Source: the human T2T-CHM13v2.0 reference genome, Homo sapiens
Reading direction: 5' to 3' (one strand)
DNA: 64,000 bases
Assembly (NCBI RefSeq): GCF_009914755.1
Contig: NC_060931.1
Below the pieces are notes generated by a model that saw only the letters and a program-made list of their open reading frames with translations, did no database searches and was not told the origin of the DNA. Position 1 is the first letter of the stretch. The number at the start of each line of letters is the position of its first letter. Made by a program: the position numbers and the translations under genes. This document shows positions 1 through 14,607 of this stretch, in pieces.

Positions 1-94
1 TTGATGACATTCATGAACAATTGTTTTCAGAAATTATGAACCAATGTAAAACCATGTATATTTATAGAATTCGCTACACTAATAACATAATAAT

Positions 95-335
95 CAAAGG
101 ACCATGTCTTTCCTCAGTTCTTCTAGGTATCGATAAATTGCTTTCCAAAACTGCTGGACTAATGAACACTTCCCACATTTGTGTATGAAACTCTCTGTTT
201 CTCTACAATATACTAACCATTTAGTATTGATTTTTCACTGATTTCATTAAGTGTCACTAAATGTCAATAGATGTGCAATAGTATGATTTGTTCTTAATTT
301 GTATTTACCTGGTTACTAGAGAGTTTGAGCTTCAT
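95..335 (-). mobile_element. Old L1M fragment (3' ORF2 region)
   Basis: Degenerate antisense L1 motif ttgctttccaaaa...cacttcccac...ctgtttctctaca. Confidence 0.55.
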
Positions 336-423
336 CCTTAAATATTTCATGAGGTCCACCAAACAATTCTTAAAGATGAAATACTATCAATATTTCCATT
401 CAAGTTAGCAATAAAAAGAAATG

Positions 424-700
424 CAAATGCTCCTTTACTTATGAGTGGATTGCATTCTGATAAACTCATTGTAAGCTGAAAATATTTTGAACTGAAAATG
501 CATTTAATACATCTAACTTCCCAAACATCATAACCTAGCTCATCTTAAACATCTTCAGAATACTTACATTAGTCTCCAGTCAAGCAAAAATCATCCAATA
601 CAAAGCCTATTATATGAGAAATTGCTGAATATTTCATGTAATTTATTGAATAGTGTACTAAAAATAAAAAACAGAATGGTTCTATGGGTACTTGAAGTAA
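424..700 (+). mobile_element. MER47A-like TcMar-Tigger MITE, 3' truncated
   Basis: Matches recalled consensus CAGATGCTCCTCGACTTACG...AAAAACAGAATGGTTGTATGGGTACTCGAAGTA; right TIR missing. Confidence 0.8.
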
Positions 701-1199
701 CAGTAACAAAGTAACAGATTTAATATTGCTTAGTAATAGATAAAATTGCTATGTGATTTTATACCTAGAAAATTCAACAAATATGAGTATTGTTGCTTAT
801 AATATGTAAAAACACATTTTAAAGATATGGTGACTAAAAGGTATTTTTAGTGAAAGCATAGCCAGATAATTATAGACCTATGATGATAGCAGACTTTAGT
901 GTGTATACATTTGACATTTAAAATCATTGAAATATGATTCACTATTCACAAAATAATAATGAACCAATTTGCTCATCCAACTGAAAAACAAAAATAAAAC
1001 TATAATTTTCTTTCACTACAAAAAAACCGCATTCATTAAATTTCCAAGTAAAAATTTACACACAGACAAAAAACTGAATTAAAACACAGTTATGATTTAT
1101 ATTATTTTTTAAACAATAAAAAATAAAATTCAGAGAGCTTGAAACAAATGTTTTCAGGTCATCTCTAAATATTTTAACAATGTACAGGAAAAAACTAAG

Positions 1200-1950
1200 A
1201 GAAATGTTTGAAACATATCATTATAAAATGATTAATGTACACAGAAAAAAGAACTACCACAAGCAAGACAATAGATTATTAAGTAGAGGAATTGCACAAG
1301 CAATTCACAGAAGAAGTAACTCAAATGGCCTATGAGCATATGAACAATGCCAAATACCTTTAGTAATCAGTAAAATGAAATTAAAATAACCAAAATATCT
1401 AATAGTTTGCCCACCATGTTATCACTCTTCATTTGTTAATATTACATTTAACAGTATGTGGGGAAAATTATACTTTCATAAAGTTCTATTAATATGTTGT
1501 GGAGGACAATTTGAGAGCCCTCAGAACTTAAATGTAAATATTCAAAATTCAACAGTTTGATTTCCTATGGAAATATATTTACATTTAGACAAAAAGATAT
1601 GTAGAAATGTTTAATTGCATCTTTTACTGTAATAATAAACTATTGGATATTAATGTAATTTTATTAATAGAAAAATGGTTAAGTGATTTATGGCACATCC
1701 AATTCAAGCAGATGTTAAATGTGATATAGCTGTTAAGCATATTAATCTTTATTGTAGTGACCAAAAAATATGTTGAAAACACTCGTACTGAATAAAACAA
1801 ATATAATGAGTAACAGTGGCTTTTTCTGAGAAAAGGACTGGAATTATGAATAATGCTTGGTGAGAGAGATTTTGAACATTCTACTCTGTACACTCAATTT
1901 TTAGAATAACTTTTAATCTACCTTTGTATTACAATACATGTACATTAAAA
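1200..1950 (+). mobile_element. Old L1ME/L1MC 3' fragment
   Basis: attcacagaagaagtaactcaaatggcc...ttagtaatcagtaaaatgaaattaaaataac is a typical old-L1 ORF2 end; boundaries approximate. Confidence 0.6.
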
Positions 1951-2107
1951 TAGTCAGTTTCAAAAGATATATCTGAAACTATTCATGAACATTTAGATAA
2001 AGTTAATATTATCTTGCAACTCTGATCTTGTGTATATTATCTGATAATATTATTCATGCAACCTGTAGGAATCAAAAATTCAACCCTGATAACTTTTGAC
2101 TCATTAA

Positions 2108-2210
2108 TTTTAACTTTTTATTTTGAGATATTGTAGATACATAAGCAGTTATAAGAAATAATACAGATAGAACTCATATGTCCTTCACCCCCAATGGTAA
2201 TATTTGCTTA
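2108..2210 (-). mobile_element. L1MC-type 3' end fragment
   Basis: ttttattttgagatattgtagat...cttcacccccaatggtaatat, similar to the element starting at ~31310. Confidence 0.6.
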
Positions 2211-3369
2211 GCAATTGACTCATTAAATTTTATATGAAAAAAATGCTTAGTGCATTTCTTTACAGGAAAAATACATTTTCAATTACTTTCTCAACTTATA
2301 AAATGACTTTGGATTAAAAATAGAGGTACATAGATTTATGTCTTAGCTTTTGGTAAGGATTTTTATATGTATTCAAATATTGCAGGAAGATATTATATGA
2401 AACCAATTTTCTTTAATTCAATAGTTACCAAAATTTCAATTGTGCACCACTATTAATAAAAAATATATAAAATGCATATATGTGCTAGAGTACTAACAAT
2501 AGTTAAATTACAGACATAAAATAGAAAAATGAGATGAAAAATACATTAACATATTTGGCAAATACTGTTTATTGTACCTAAATATGATATGAATTTTATT
2601 AAAAGTATTATTTTACGCTTTTTTAATATGCTTAATTATATTTGAAAATCTTGTTTTATTCTTTTGAAATAAAGCAGTTCAAACATGCATACCTGTTAGA
2701 ATTGGAAAAGGAAAAAGTGTCTCCACAAAACAAAAGCACCTTATTTCTGTGTTTTTGAATGTGTGTACATGTGAGTACTTAATTATCATCACAAAAAGAT
2801 GGAGGTTGAAGACAAAAAAAAAGAAGAGCAAATTGATAGAATGAAGTCCCAGAGGATGTAGAAGAAAGAAGGGTTCTGATGCATGATTCTTGGCTAGGAG
2901 GAGCACTGCTTCACCTGAAAGAGAAGAAAGGGGATTTTGAAAGACAGGTAGATGTAGATGTTGTGACTACTTCACTTTAGACAAAGTTTCTCATCTTACT
3001 TGAGAAAAAAACAAATGCTGGCTTTCATCAGATTTAAGCAGAAAAAGGGGAGTCCACTGAATCTATAGTTTATCCATTTTTTGCAACAGAAATTTAATTT
3101 ATAAAGTTTTAATAGGCCAGATGTTTATGGCTTATTGTATTATAATTGTTTATTGGTTCCAGCTCTTGTAAGCACGGTTACTTGATGAGACCGAGATCTT
3201 CATAATCTATATTCTAACGAACTATGTGCTAACAACACTGATGTCTAAACAGAACTGGAAGTTTAACATTACAAGATGAAGATTTCACATATTCTTTTTT
3301 TTCTTTTTTTTTGGTCTGCTTATATACTCCTGTTTGCTTCATTCGTCACAAGTTAGATTCTTTGAAGGC

Positions 3370-3660
3370 ACGTGTTGAAAGATGTTTATTATGAACCAAA
3401 ACCTGTGAAGGGAAGAGGAGGAAGCAGGATTGTGCAGAGAAAGAAGTTCAAGAGTTGTGCAGGCTCAGCAAACCTCAATCAACTTAGTGGGAAGCTCAAA
3501 AGTGAGATTTCTCATCCCAGAGTCCTGGTTTGGTTGGGATGGCCAGGCCTTTATATCCCTGCTTCATTTAGTCACTCCATGTAAGCTGCCCTGGGAAGGA
3601 CGTGACTTCTGCCAATGCTGTAGCTGAGGAAGCCCTTAAGGAAGTAGCTACAGAGCTCTG
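3370..3660 (-). mobile_element. LTR16-family (ERVL) LTR fragment
   Basis: ggaggaagcaggattg.gcagag...ggcctttatatccctgc...gctgccctgggaagg resembles antisense LTR16. Confidence 0.65.
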
Positions 3661-3923
3661 TGATTCTATCTTTAGAGCATAGACAGAGCATATCCACCAA
3701 TTGTTGACCTATGAAGTGTTATATATATATTGAATATGCCTAGTCAGGCTACATCAATTACATTCCCTAGCTAAATATTAGAACTTTATTTTGCTATCGT
3801 TTGCACATCGTGTCCTCCTCACCACCCCGTCTCCTACCTTTCAGTGCCAAAACCAAAATATGCCAAATTATTCCCTAAATCACATCAGGGCATTTGACTC
3901 TCAAAATTCAAGAAAAGGACATA

Positions 3924-4255
3924 CAGTCTTCTCTTTACATCTGAGATTGCCGCATCCATGGATTCTGCCAATTGCTGATCAAAAATATTTTGGAAAAAAA
4001 TTTTACAAAATTCCAAAAAACAGAACTTGAATTTGCTGTGTGCTGAGTATGACATTGAATTCATGTGATGAAGCAATGTTGGGCATTGCATTAGCAGTTA
4101 TAAGTAACCTAGTGATGATCTGAAGTATTCAGGAGGATGTGTATAGGTCATATGCAAGCACGACACCATTTTATAAAAGGGACTTGAGCATCCAGAAATG
4201 TTGGTATCTGCAGGGGTTCTGGAACGAATCTCTCATGGATACTGAGAGACAACTG
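3924..4255. mobile_element. MER2/MER2B TcMar-Tigger MITE, complete
   Basis: TIRs cagtc...caactg flanked by TA duplications (3922-3923, 4256-4257); internal gggacttgagcatcc motif. Confidence 0.88.
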
Positions 4256-4552
4256 TATTCTCATGACACAGAGGTAACTTTGGACTCAGCGATTAAGTGA
4301 TGAGTCAGACATATTAACAAACCTGGACAGAAAACATAAAAGCAGGACACCATATGGACCTATAGAATCAGGCACTCTTAGGGTCAACAGGGCAGATGTG
4401 TGTCAAAACATACAAACAAAAAGTTCCTCAGTTTGATTGGAATGACTAAGAAACCCCTATTCCATAATAAGCTGTATATAAGTTATGAAGAAGTAAGTTC
4501 TGAAAGTGTAATTAAGCATGGAGATTTGGGACAGCTGATAAAACAGAACAAC

Positions 4553-5063
4553 CTGATGGAGGTTAGTACAGTTGCCTTGACCTCTTTCCTGGTGGCACTT
4601 TTGGAAGGAGATGATTTTGCCTCCCATATGCCATAAAAAAGCGCATATAGCATAAAAATATAATATAGAAGTGAGAGTAATATGTACAAAGGAATCCAAT
4701 CTGTGCCAGACATGAAGTAACTTGACCAGGAAAATGTCAGAAACAAGACTGGGATGTAAAAGGTGAGTAAAGCTCTCAGGATAAGGATTTGTATCTATGC
4801 TCACCTTGGTTCTCTCTTGCACATATCAGGGCATCAATAAATATTTATGAGAAGGAGTTACAAGGAAGTAGAACAGGTAACTAAGTTCATGAAGAAGTGG
4901 AGGTAGCACTGACTGCAGGTACGTGGCAGCACCCATCTGCTGTACCGATGCCTGATGGTGGATTGGACAGAAAACGTGGGAGGCAAAAGTCATCTCCTTC
5001 CAAAAGTGCCTCCGGGAAAGAGGCCAAGGCAACTTTGCCAGGACTACTCCTAACCTCCATCAG
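4553..5063. repeat. Inverted repeat: arms 4553-4626 and 4977-5063, 350-nt spacer
   Basis: Manual alignment: 54/58 core plus 14/14 outer block (ctgatggaggttag / ctaacctccatcag). Confidence 0.95.
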
Positions 5064-5789
5064 CAGGCTCACCAGCACATTGAGTTTCCTAGTTTAACAA
5101 GAAAGCATCTGCAAATGTGTAGCGAGATGATTGAACTACATTTTATGATTTAAAATAAACATTGAATATTTCTAATAAAAAATGAATTTATATAATGTCT
5201 GTTATGCAACCTTGGCCAATTGTGTTTACTACACGTTTCCTTAAACATGCCAGAACAGAAATATTTTCTGTAAACACTTAATTACAGAATATTTTTGAAT
5301 TGACCCGAATTTTCAGTAAATTAAATGTGAGTAATCTATGCAATTTTTAAGATTCAAATGTTTTATTTAGCTCTAATTATTTAGGCAGAATAAACTTGAA
5401 AGTAACAATTTAATACATTAATTTTCTATTTCAGATTATAAATTCCTTGCTTACTCATAGCAAAAAATTTGAAACATAATTATGTAATAATTGCCTTAAA
5501 TTTGTTCTTTATTTTTCCTGTGTCATCAGAGACTTGATGTTATTATGGCATTCTGTAACTAAAGTTAAATATTTTACTTTAACAGAAAACTCATGTTAAT
5601 CCTCTTTTCCCAAAACATCTTTCCATAAACACAAATTTTCTTCCCTTCCTCTTGTTTTGTCCTTTTCTTCTCTCAGATTCTGTTTTTCTCTCTCTCTTAT
5701 ACAAACACACACAGCTCACACACACACAAAGTCATTTTGTTACTATATAGTAGATGGAGTACTCATTTTAATTCCAGGGCATAGCCTAT

Positions 5790-6338
5790 TGTATTAGTCA
5801 GGGTTTTCTAAAGGTGCAGAAGTAATAGGATAGATGTGTATATGAAGGGGAGTTTATAAAGGAGTGCTGACTCACACAATCCAAGGTGAAGTCCCACAAT
5901 AGACCACCTGCAAGCTGAGGAGCAAGAAAGCCAGTCCAAGTCCAAAAAACTCAAAAGTAGGGAAGCCAACAGTGCAGCCTTCAGTTTGTGGCTGAAGGCT
6001 TGAAAGCTCCTGGCAAACCACTGGTGTAAGTCCAAGAATCCAAAAGCTGAAGAACCTGGAGTCTGATGTTTGAGGGCGGGAAGCATCCAGCATGGGAGAA
6101 AGGTAAAAGCCTGAAGACTCAGAAACTCAAGTCCTTCCACATTCTTCTGCCTGCTTTATTCTAGCCACACTGGCAGCTGATTAGATGGTGCCCACCCAGA
6201 TTGAAGGTGGGTCTGCCTCTCCTAGTCCACTGACTCAAATGTTAATCTCCTTTGGCAACACCCTCATAGACACACCCAGGAACAATATTTTGCATCCTTC
6301 AATCCAATCAAGTTGACAACTCAATATTAACCATCACA
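5790..6338 (-). mobile_element. MLT2A2-like solo LTR (HERV-L)
   Basis: tgtattagtcagggtt...attaaccatcaca termini; perfect 5-bp TSD cctat (5785-5789, 6339-6343). Confidence 0.92.
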
Positions 6339-6344
6339 CCTATT

Positions 6345-6550
6345 AATAACACTGGGTGCATGTATCAGGCAGCACCATGTTAACTAAAGGCTTTGCTTTA
6401 ATCCCATAAAGTCCTCACAGTAATTCCAGGAGCAAACATTATTGTTCTTTTTTCACAGATGAGGAAAATAAAGCCCAGAGTGTTCCAGTGATGGGCCTCG
6501 ATTCACTCAGCTTCAAGTCGGCCAGACTCCAATGCGCAGGCTCAATCAGG
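6345..6550 (-). mobile_element. MIR SINE
   Basis: Core motif ttcacagatgaggaaaataaagcccagag. Confidence 0.7.
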
Positions 6551-7119
6551 TGCATGTACTGTTTTCTTGTCTATGAAATACTGAATATTTTTAGAAGAAG
6601 GGAGGAAATAGAGACAATACTTCTGCCTTGTGGCCTGGTGGTGTACACACCTACCTCTCCATTGTAGAGTCTGCTCAATTCTGCCTAATACCCAACAGTG
6701 CATAAGAAATGACCAGGGATGAACTCAACAAACATCAAAGTTTTCAGGTAGTGACACCTAGTCAATACAACATGACATTTTGGGGAGAATTCATTGTAAG
6801 ATGAGATGGGATAAGGTAAAAACATAAAATTAAGGTAAAAACATAAAAGTTAACAAAATTATAAAAGAAAACGGGACATTTTATTTAAAAAAGAAAATGC
6901 TAAAAATATTGATTTCTGTCTTACCTTTGCTAAAATGTCTATAAATTGTTTATCTTGAATATAAGAATGAAGGATTCTGAACTAAGGCAAGATTATTAAC
7001 ATGATTTTTCATACCAGAAAATAAAGCATTTTCTTAAATCAAGAAGAATACTATATTTTAGAAATATAAATAACACTTGCCAAAGGATATTCATATTCTG
7101 CGCTTTTTTTAACAGTCTG

Positions 7120-7255
7120 AATTTAGTTAGTTGAATCTCTCTAGCCTTATCTATAAAATGGGGATAATAGTTAGAGTCTTACTAAGGGTAGGGGCAAATT
7201 AAATGAGATAATATATGAAAGAACTCAGCACTACACAAGTCACTGGTACCATTTA
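7120..7255 (+). mobile_element. MIR SINE
   Basis: atctataaaatggggataatag...attaaatgagataatatatgaaag. Confidence 0.75.
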
Positions 7256-7899
7256 TTGGTATATACTATAAATGATATATAGTATTTGTAGAATTTATTA
7301 TAAATTACAGAATTAAGTTTTGGGTTTAGTTCTAATTACATATAGATGTAACCCTAAATTACATTCCAGATTTCTGCCAACATAAATGTACAAAACTGTT
7401 GCAATTATTTTGATATATAATCTATTTCTACCCTAGTCAGACTTGGTATTTGTCTTTCTGGATCATGCTGGGGTATGATTCTCATTGCGGACAGAATAAC
7501 AACAAGAAGACCTTGAGAATAAGCATCAATTTGTGAGCCCCAAGGTGAGGTTATAGTATAGGATCTTCCAGTAGGGAAAGACTGGTCTCAGAAACAAAAG
7601 AGGAGACTACTTCCACTGGCAAGGGAGGTTCGGGGTGACTTGGGGTTGAAGATTCTCAGCTTCATTTGTATCCAATCCAATGAAATCTTTTCAATTATGA
7701 GGATCCCATTCTTTCCCAAACAATATCCTAACGTTTACATGAGAGAATTGATGAGGCTGCAAATTTGACTTCTGTTATACTTTTGCAACCCACTCAATTA
7801 AAATTTATGTCTGATTTTAATTAAGACCAGGCCTGTAGCTATAAAGAATAAGGGTTTATTTTAGGACTGTTATAGAATTTCTACAGTTATCTGACTCTA

Positions 7900-8213
7900 A
7901 TTTGAGCTGTGACAGGGCTGAGCTTGTTTTGTTTCTGTAAATAACCCAGTGCACCCCTTGGAGTCATCCTGACTACAGTTAACAGTTGAGAGAAGCAGTC
8001 GCTTGGTGCCCCAAGGAACTTGATTCATCAACATAAAACAGAGGCAGTAATGAGATTAATCATGATGGCACTACATGTTGTGGATTAGCTCCATCCATTT
8101 GCCACTTGTAAGGAGCTCAGTACTGTGTTCTCTACTAGAGACATAACCAAGCCAATTTCAAACTTCCGTCTTTGAAGGTTTCTATTTTTGAGTCCTCGCT
8201 CCTGGTACCAATA
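7900..8213 (-). mobile_element. ERVL internal (leader) remnant adjoining the LTR
   Basis: Minus strand reads ttggtaccaggag (ERVL-type PBS-like motif) immediately after the LTR; left boundary uncertain. Confidence 0.45.
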
Positions 8214-8830
8214 TCTTTTTCAGCCAGGGAGGTCCAATAAGGAGATATACACCACATCAGTTATTTTAACAGAAAGAATTTAACATAAAGAATTGTTAAC
8301 TACAGCTTGAAAAAATAAAAAAGGCTAAAGCAACCACCAAAGTAACACATAGGTAATAACAGCAAGAAGTATTCGACAACCTTAGGGCTTAGTGACAAAA
8401 GGAAGAGTTTAAAATTATTAAAACTTAGAAGCATGAATGAGTCTCTCCATCTATGAAATTCATGTATCTGAGGAAGAGATACTGGCTGGGTTTAGCTGGG
8501 GTCTCTGAGGGAATGTCATGAGCCTTATTTTAGGAGTATTAGAAAAACTGCAAACCACTATCAAATGCTGCCACTGAAACTATTTCCAGGGCGAAGAAGC
8601 TTTCCTGAAGCAACAACAGGAACAGGAAGCAAAAAGGATTTGAAATGAAATAGCAAGGGGTATGTATCTTTTTGATTCTTCCAGCCTTTTGGTCTCTTTT
8701 TAAATATTCCTTGTTGTCAGAATCTAATAGGGAGCTAATTGGCAAAGCAAGAGTATGGTTTGCCAAGTCCTAGCCCTAGTATCGCAGAACAGATGATGAG
8801 TTTGGATCTAGGAAAATAACTGGTAAAGGG
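8214..8830 (-). mobile_element. LTR41-like ERVL LTR
   Basis: cagttattttaacagaaagaatttaacataaagaattgttaac...aattattaaaacttagaagc motifs. Confidence 0.6.
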
Positions 8831-11503
8831 AATTTGAATTTCAGTGTAAAAAATGAGATATATATTTTATATACAAGAAAGAATGAATATATCTTTCGCT
8901 TCTGATTTGTTAAATTAGTTGTATGGTTTACAAAGTTTTAGAACATTGTAATTTGAGTTCTGAAAGAGAAATTATTATTTGTAAAACAGGTAATTTATTT
9001 CACAATGTGGGAAATTGTATATGGAAAGCTTCAGCATAAATATATAACCATGGCAGTGGGTTACAATATGAACTCCCTTTCTGAGACAATATGAGAAGAG
9101 GGTATAATACTTTAAGAAGAGTATTCTCACACAGAGTAAAGATTAAACAAGAATGCATAAGAAGTCTCCTTATGTCTTCTCTCTACTTCACACATTCATT
9201 CTACATGGTATTTTTATTTTTCAAATCTTCCTAAAACATTTTAATTTTCCTCTGTTGTGGGGGGAGTCATATGTTTTCTTTTTCTTCTTGTATCAAGTAA
9301 AATCTTCTCTAGTTTACTTATAAGGAAATGAATGATTTAACCCTTCCATATCTACTTTCAGACACTTCCACTCTTAGCTCTGCTTTCCTTCTAATAGAAT
9401 AAAAACTACGATGGAGTCATTATTCTCACTGCCCTTGTTTTCATTTCCTTTTGTTTCTTTTAGATTCCTGATGCATGGAATAACACCTTCTATTACTAGT
9501 CTTATGCAGATATTATGTACTTTTGAAGGCCCAGCCCGAATTTTTTTTGGGTGACCTGATTATCCATTATGTATTTGATAGTCATACATAGCAGAGTGTA
9601 ATATTGGGATAATAAATTGTTTTTGTTTTCAATATGTTACCTTTGCCCCAATTCAAACTTTTTCTAGTTTCTTAGTATTTGCTGGCCCCAGATAAAATAT
9701 TAGATGACACTATCTCTCCAGGCTCTTGCTAAAAGCCTGAACTCATTGTGGGTTACCGAAGGGTGGGCTGGATGAGCTGGATGAGCCGATTGATAGGACT
9801 CTGAGGAGAGAGCAAGACTTAGAGGAGGAGGGTAAATGAGAGCACTACAGAAGCTAAACCACAGGACAAGAGTGCCTCATATTTTCATGTGTCCTGTGCT
9901 TGGGGGGATGGCACCGAAGCAGCAAAGCCATTTGCTGAGAGATTACTTCACACAGTCCTGGTGATAGAACCTGGGCTTTGTGGATAAAGCAAGGGAGTCA
10001 AGCCAAGCTTTCCTTGTAACAAGTGACAGGGAAAGAAGAACAAGGTATAACACACACGCTTCTGATGTATTCTTCTCTTTAGTATTAGGAACTGGATTGA
10101 ATAAGTGAATTGATACTTCAGACATCTTCCACTCCTTAAATTGAGACACTGGAATACTATTTATATACCATTTTTGTTTCTTTAAATTTTTTTATTTATT
10201 TATAGATGTCATACAATGAGAGAAATGTTTATAGGTTATGTTTGGCTATATTTTCGGGTGCATGATGCAATAATAATCTCCTTAGGTCCTAATTTCTGAT
10301 GCTTCTCTAATATTTTGTTAAACTTTGTGGGAGGATATGGGAGGATGGATAATTTGCTATGTATTTAGTGTGAACATAATAATTGTAATTGGAGAAAATT
10401 CATTTTATTGCTATCATTTTTGATTTGATTCTGGAAAATAGCATTTTGCTTTTTATTTGGCAAATAAAATCTTTTATGAATTTTTAATGAGATACATATG
10501 GAAGTAGTTCATCAAAGGTTTATTTCTCTATGGCCATATTTGATGTAAAATACAAATGCCAAAATGTCATTTACAGAGCTTTTGTTCAAGAACAGGAATA
10601 AACTGACAGGCTTTCAGCCACACAAACGAAGTGCATTTTTATTGGCTGCATTTCAGATAATGGCAAGGTTATAACACTGTTGACAGAGATTTTTCACCCA
10701 TCTGTTAAAACTGCTTCATGCTGCTGAGTGTTAATAAGCAAGTCTTTTAACGTAACAACACCAAACATTAAAACATTTCACCTTGTGCTTCATTTTTGCC
10801 ATTATTCTTATATGAACATAATTTTTACATGTAAAATCATTACTCCTTTACTGTTTGATAGGCTTTACCCCGAAATTGAGTAATTATCAACTACAATCAT
10901 TAGAATTCATATAGAAATATTTAATCATTTAGATCTACTTACAGGAAGGTTTTTCTTTCCCATGATAAAGTTTACATAGTACAATCAAGATGCTAATGGC
11001 TTTGTTTTAAAAACAAAATAAAATCATGGTTACAAGGAAAATAAAATATAAACTAAAAATGTTAGGTATTAAGAGATAACACTTCCCATAAATATAGTAA
11101 AAGAACAAGGTATACAACAGGAAACAAACAATTTAAAACTTTAAAAATAGGTTATTATTTGTGTTTCACTTTTACTATTTCTAGAGCTCACAATTTCTTT
11201 GTGTAGATTCAAATTTCTGTCTGCATTCATATTCCTTCTGCCTGAAGATCTCCCTTTAGCATTTCTTGTATTGTGTTCCTACTGGCAATGAATTTTCTCA
11301 GTTTTTGTCAGAAAAAGTGTTTGTGTTAATTTCATTTTGTAAAGCTATTTCTACTTGTTAGAGAATTCTGGGTTGACAGGTTTTTTTTTTTCCATTCGGT
11401 ACTTTAAACAAGTCAATTCATTGGCTTCTGAATGCATATTTCCTGAAGAAATATGCGTTATATATGCAATGTAGGTCTATAATTCTCTCTCCCATTTTTC
11501 TCC

Positions 11504-11853
11504 TTTCTTTCTTTTTTTCTTTCTCTTTCTTTCTTTCTTTCTTTTCTTTTTTTTTGACAAAGTCTTGCTCTGTCACCCAGGTTGGAGTGCAGTGGCATGG
11601 TCATGACTCACTGCAGCCTTAACCTCCTAGGCTCAAGGGATTCTTCCACCTCAGGCTCCTGAGTAGCTGGGACCACAGGCATACACCATCAGGGGACCTG
11701 CATAATTTATTTAAATTTTTTTCACTTTTGATAGGGACAGGGTCTCTACAGACAGTTTGCTCAAACTGGTCTCAAACTCCGGGGCTTACTTGATCCTCCT
11801 GCCTCAGCCTCTCCAAATGCTTGGATTACGAATGTGAGCCATCATGTCCAGCT
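11504..11853 (-). mobile_element. AluJ with (TTTC)n tail
   Basis: Dimeric Alu with J-type diagnostics (cactgcagccttaacctcctaggctcaag). Confidence 0.92.
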
Positions 11854-11890
11854 ATATTTTTTATCTTTGTTTTTCTGTATGTAATGTGTC

Positions 11891-12296
11891 TGTCTTAGTT
11901 TGTTTTGTGCTGCTATAACAGAATGCCACAGACTGAATAATTTATAAAGAATGGAGATTTGTTTTCTCATAGTTGTGGAGGCTTGGAAGTCTAGGATCAA
12001 TGTGCCAGCAACTGGCATCTGGTGAGGCCCTTCTTGTTGCATCCTCACATGACAGAAGAAAGAAGGGCAAACGAGATGAACTCTGTGTCTTCATATGGCA
12101 GGAGAGCAGAAGACAACAAATCCACTCCTGTAAGCCCTTTTTATTAAAGGCTTTTATCTATTTATAGTGGTGGAAACTACATAATTTAAACACCTTCCAT
12201 TAGGCCTCACCTTCCAACACTGTTGCATTGGGAATTAGGTTTTCAACACATGAATTTTAGAGAGGACAAAAACATTCATGCCATGAATTCATACCA
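11891..12296 (-). mobile_element. MSTC-like MaLR solo LTR
   Basis: tgtcttagtttgttttgtgctgctataacagaat start; TSD gtgtc/atgtc. Confidence 0.85.
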
Positions 12297-12564
12297 ATGT
12301 CCTTTTTCTTCTCTGGCTACCTTTAAAATTTGGATTTTTTTGGTGGGGGAGGGGGGTTAGCAATTTAAAAATATGTCTGTTTGTGAATGTGTGTGTTATT
12401 CATCTTACTTATGGTCTTTGGGCTTCTTGTAGCCTTGATTTGATATATTTCACTATTTTGGGCATTTTGAGCCATACATTTTTTCTTTTTCATGTATTTT
12501 TTGCCCTTTTATTTCTATCTTATCCTTCAGTTACTCCAATTAAATCTATGTCAGAATATGTGAC

Positions 12565-12702
12565 ATATATATATATAAATATAGATAAATATAGATATAT
12601 AAATACAAAAAATATACATAAATACATATATAAATACATATATAAATAAATATATATATAAATATATATATAAATAATATAAATATATATAAATATATAT
12701 AT
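12565..12702. repeat. (TA)n-rich low-complexity tract
   Basis: Directly visible. Confidence 0.95.
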
Positions 12703-14255
<1,553 letters not shown>

Positions 14256-14607
14256 TGTATTAGTCCATTTTCATACTGCTATGAAGAAATACTCAAGACT
14301 GGGTAATTTATAAAGAAAAAGAGGTTTAATGGACTCACAGTTCCACATGGCTGAGGAGGCCTCAGAATCATGGCATAAGGCAAAATAGAAGCAAAGGCAC
14401 ATCTTACATGGTGGCAGGCAAGAGAGCATGTGCAGGGGAACTGTCCTTTATATAACCACCAGATCTCAATAGACATATTCACTATCACAAGAACAGCATA
14501 GGAAAACCTGCCCCCATGATTCAGTTACCTCCCACAACAACATGTGGGGATTATGGGAGCTACAATTCAAGATGAGATTTGGGTGGGGACACAGCCAAAC
14601 CATATCA
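14256..14607 (-). mobile_element. THE1C-like 5' LTR
   Basis: Minus strand begins tgatatggtttggctgtgtccccacccaaatctc. Confidence 0.92.

Larger units (their letters stand above)
11165..12562 (-). mobile_element. Old L1M (ORF1/inter-ORF region), interrupted by AluJ and an MST LTR
   Basis: ccttctgcctgaagatctccctttagcatttcttgta...agaattctgggttgacag; resumes at ~12300. Confidence 0.7.

Noticed and set aside
4400-5097. Overlapping ORFs sharing LLEGDDF / KSSPSKSA peptides
   Set aside because: Shared peptides simply reflect the DNA inverted repeat; no coding evidence.
6811-6853. Short direct repeats (also 25521-25582, 42169-42222, 13085-13106)
   Set aside because: Two-copy slippage duplications; no spacer-repeat array, not CRISPR-like.
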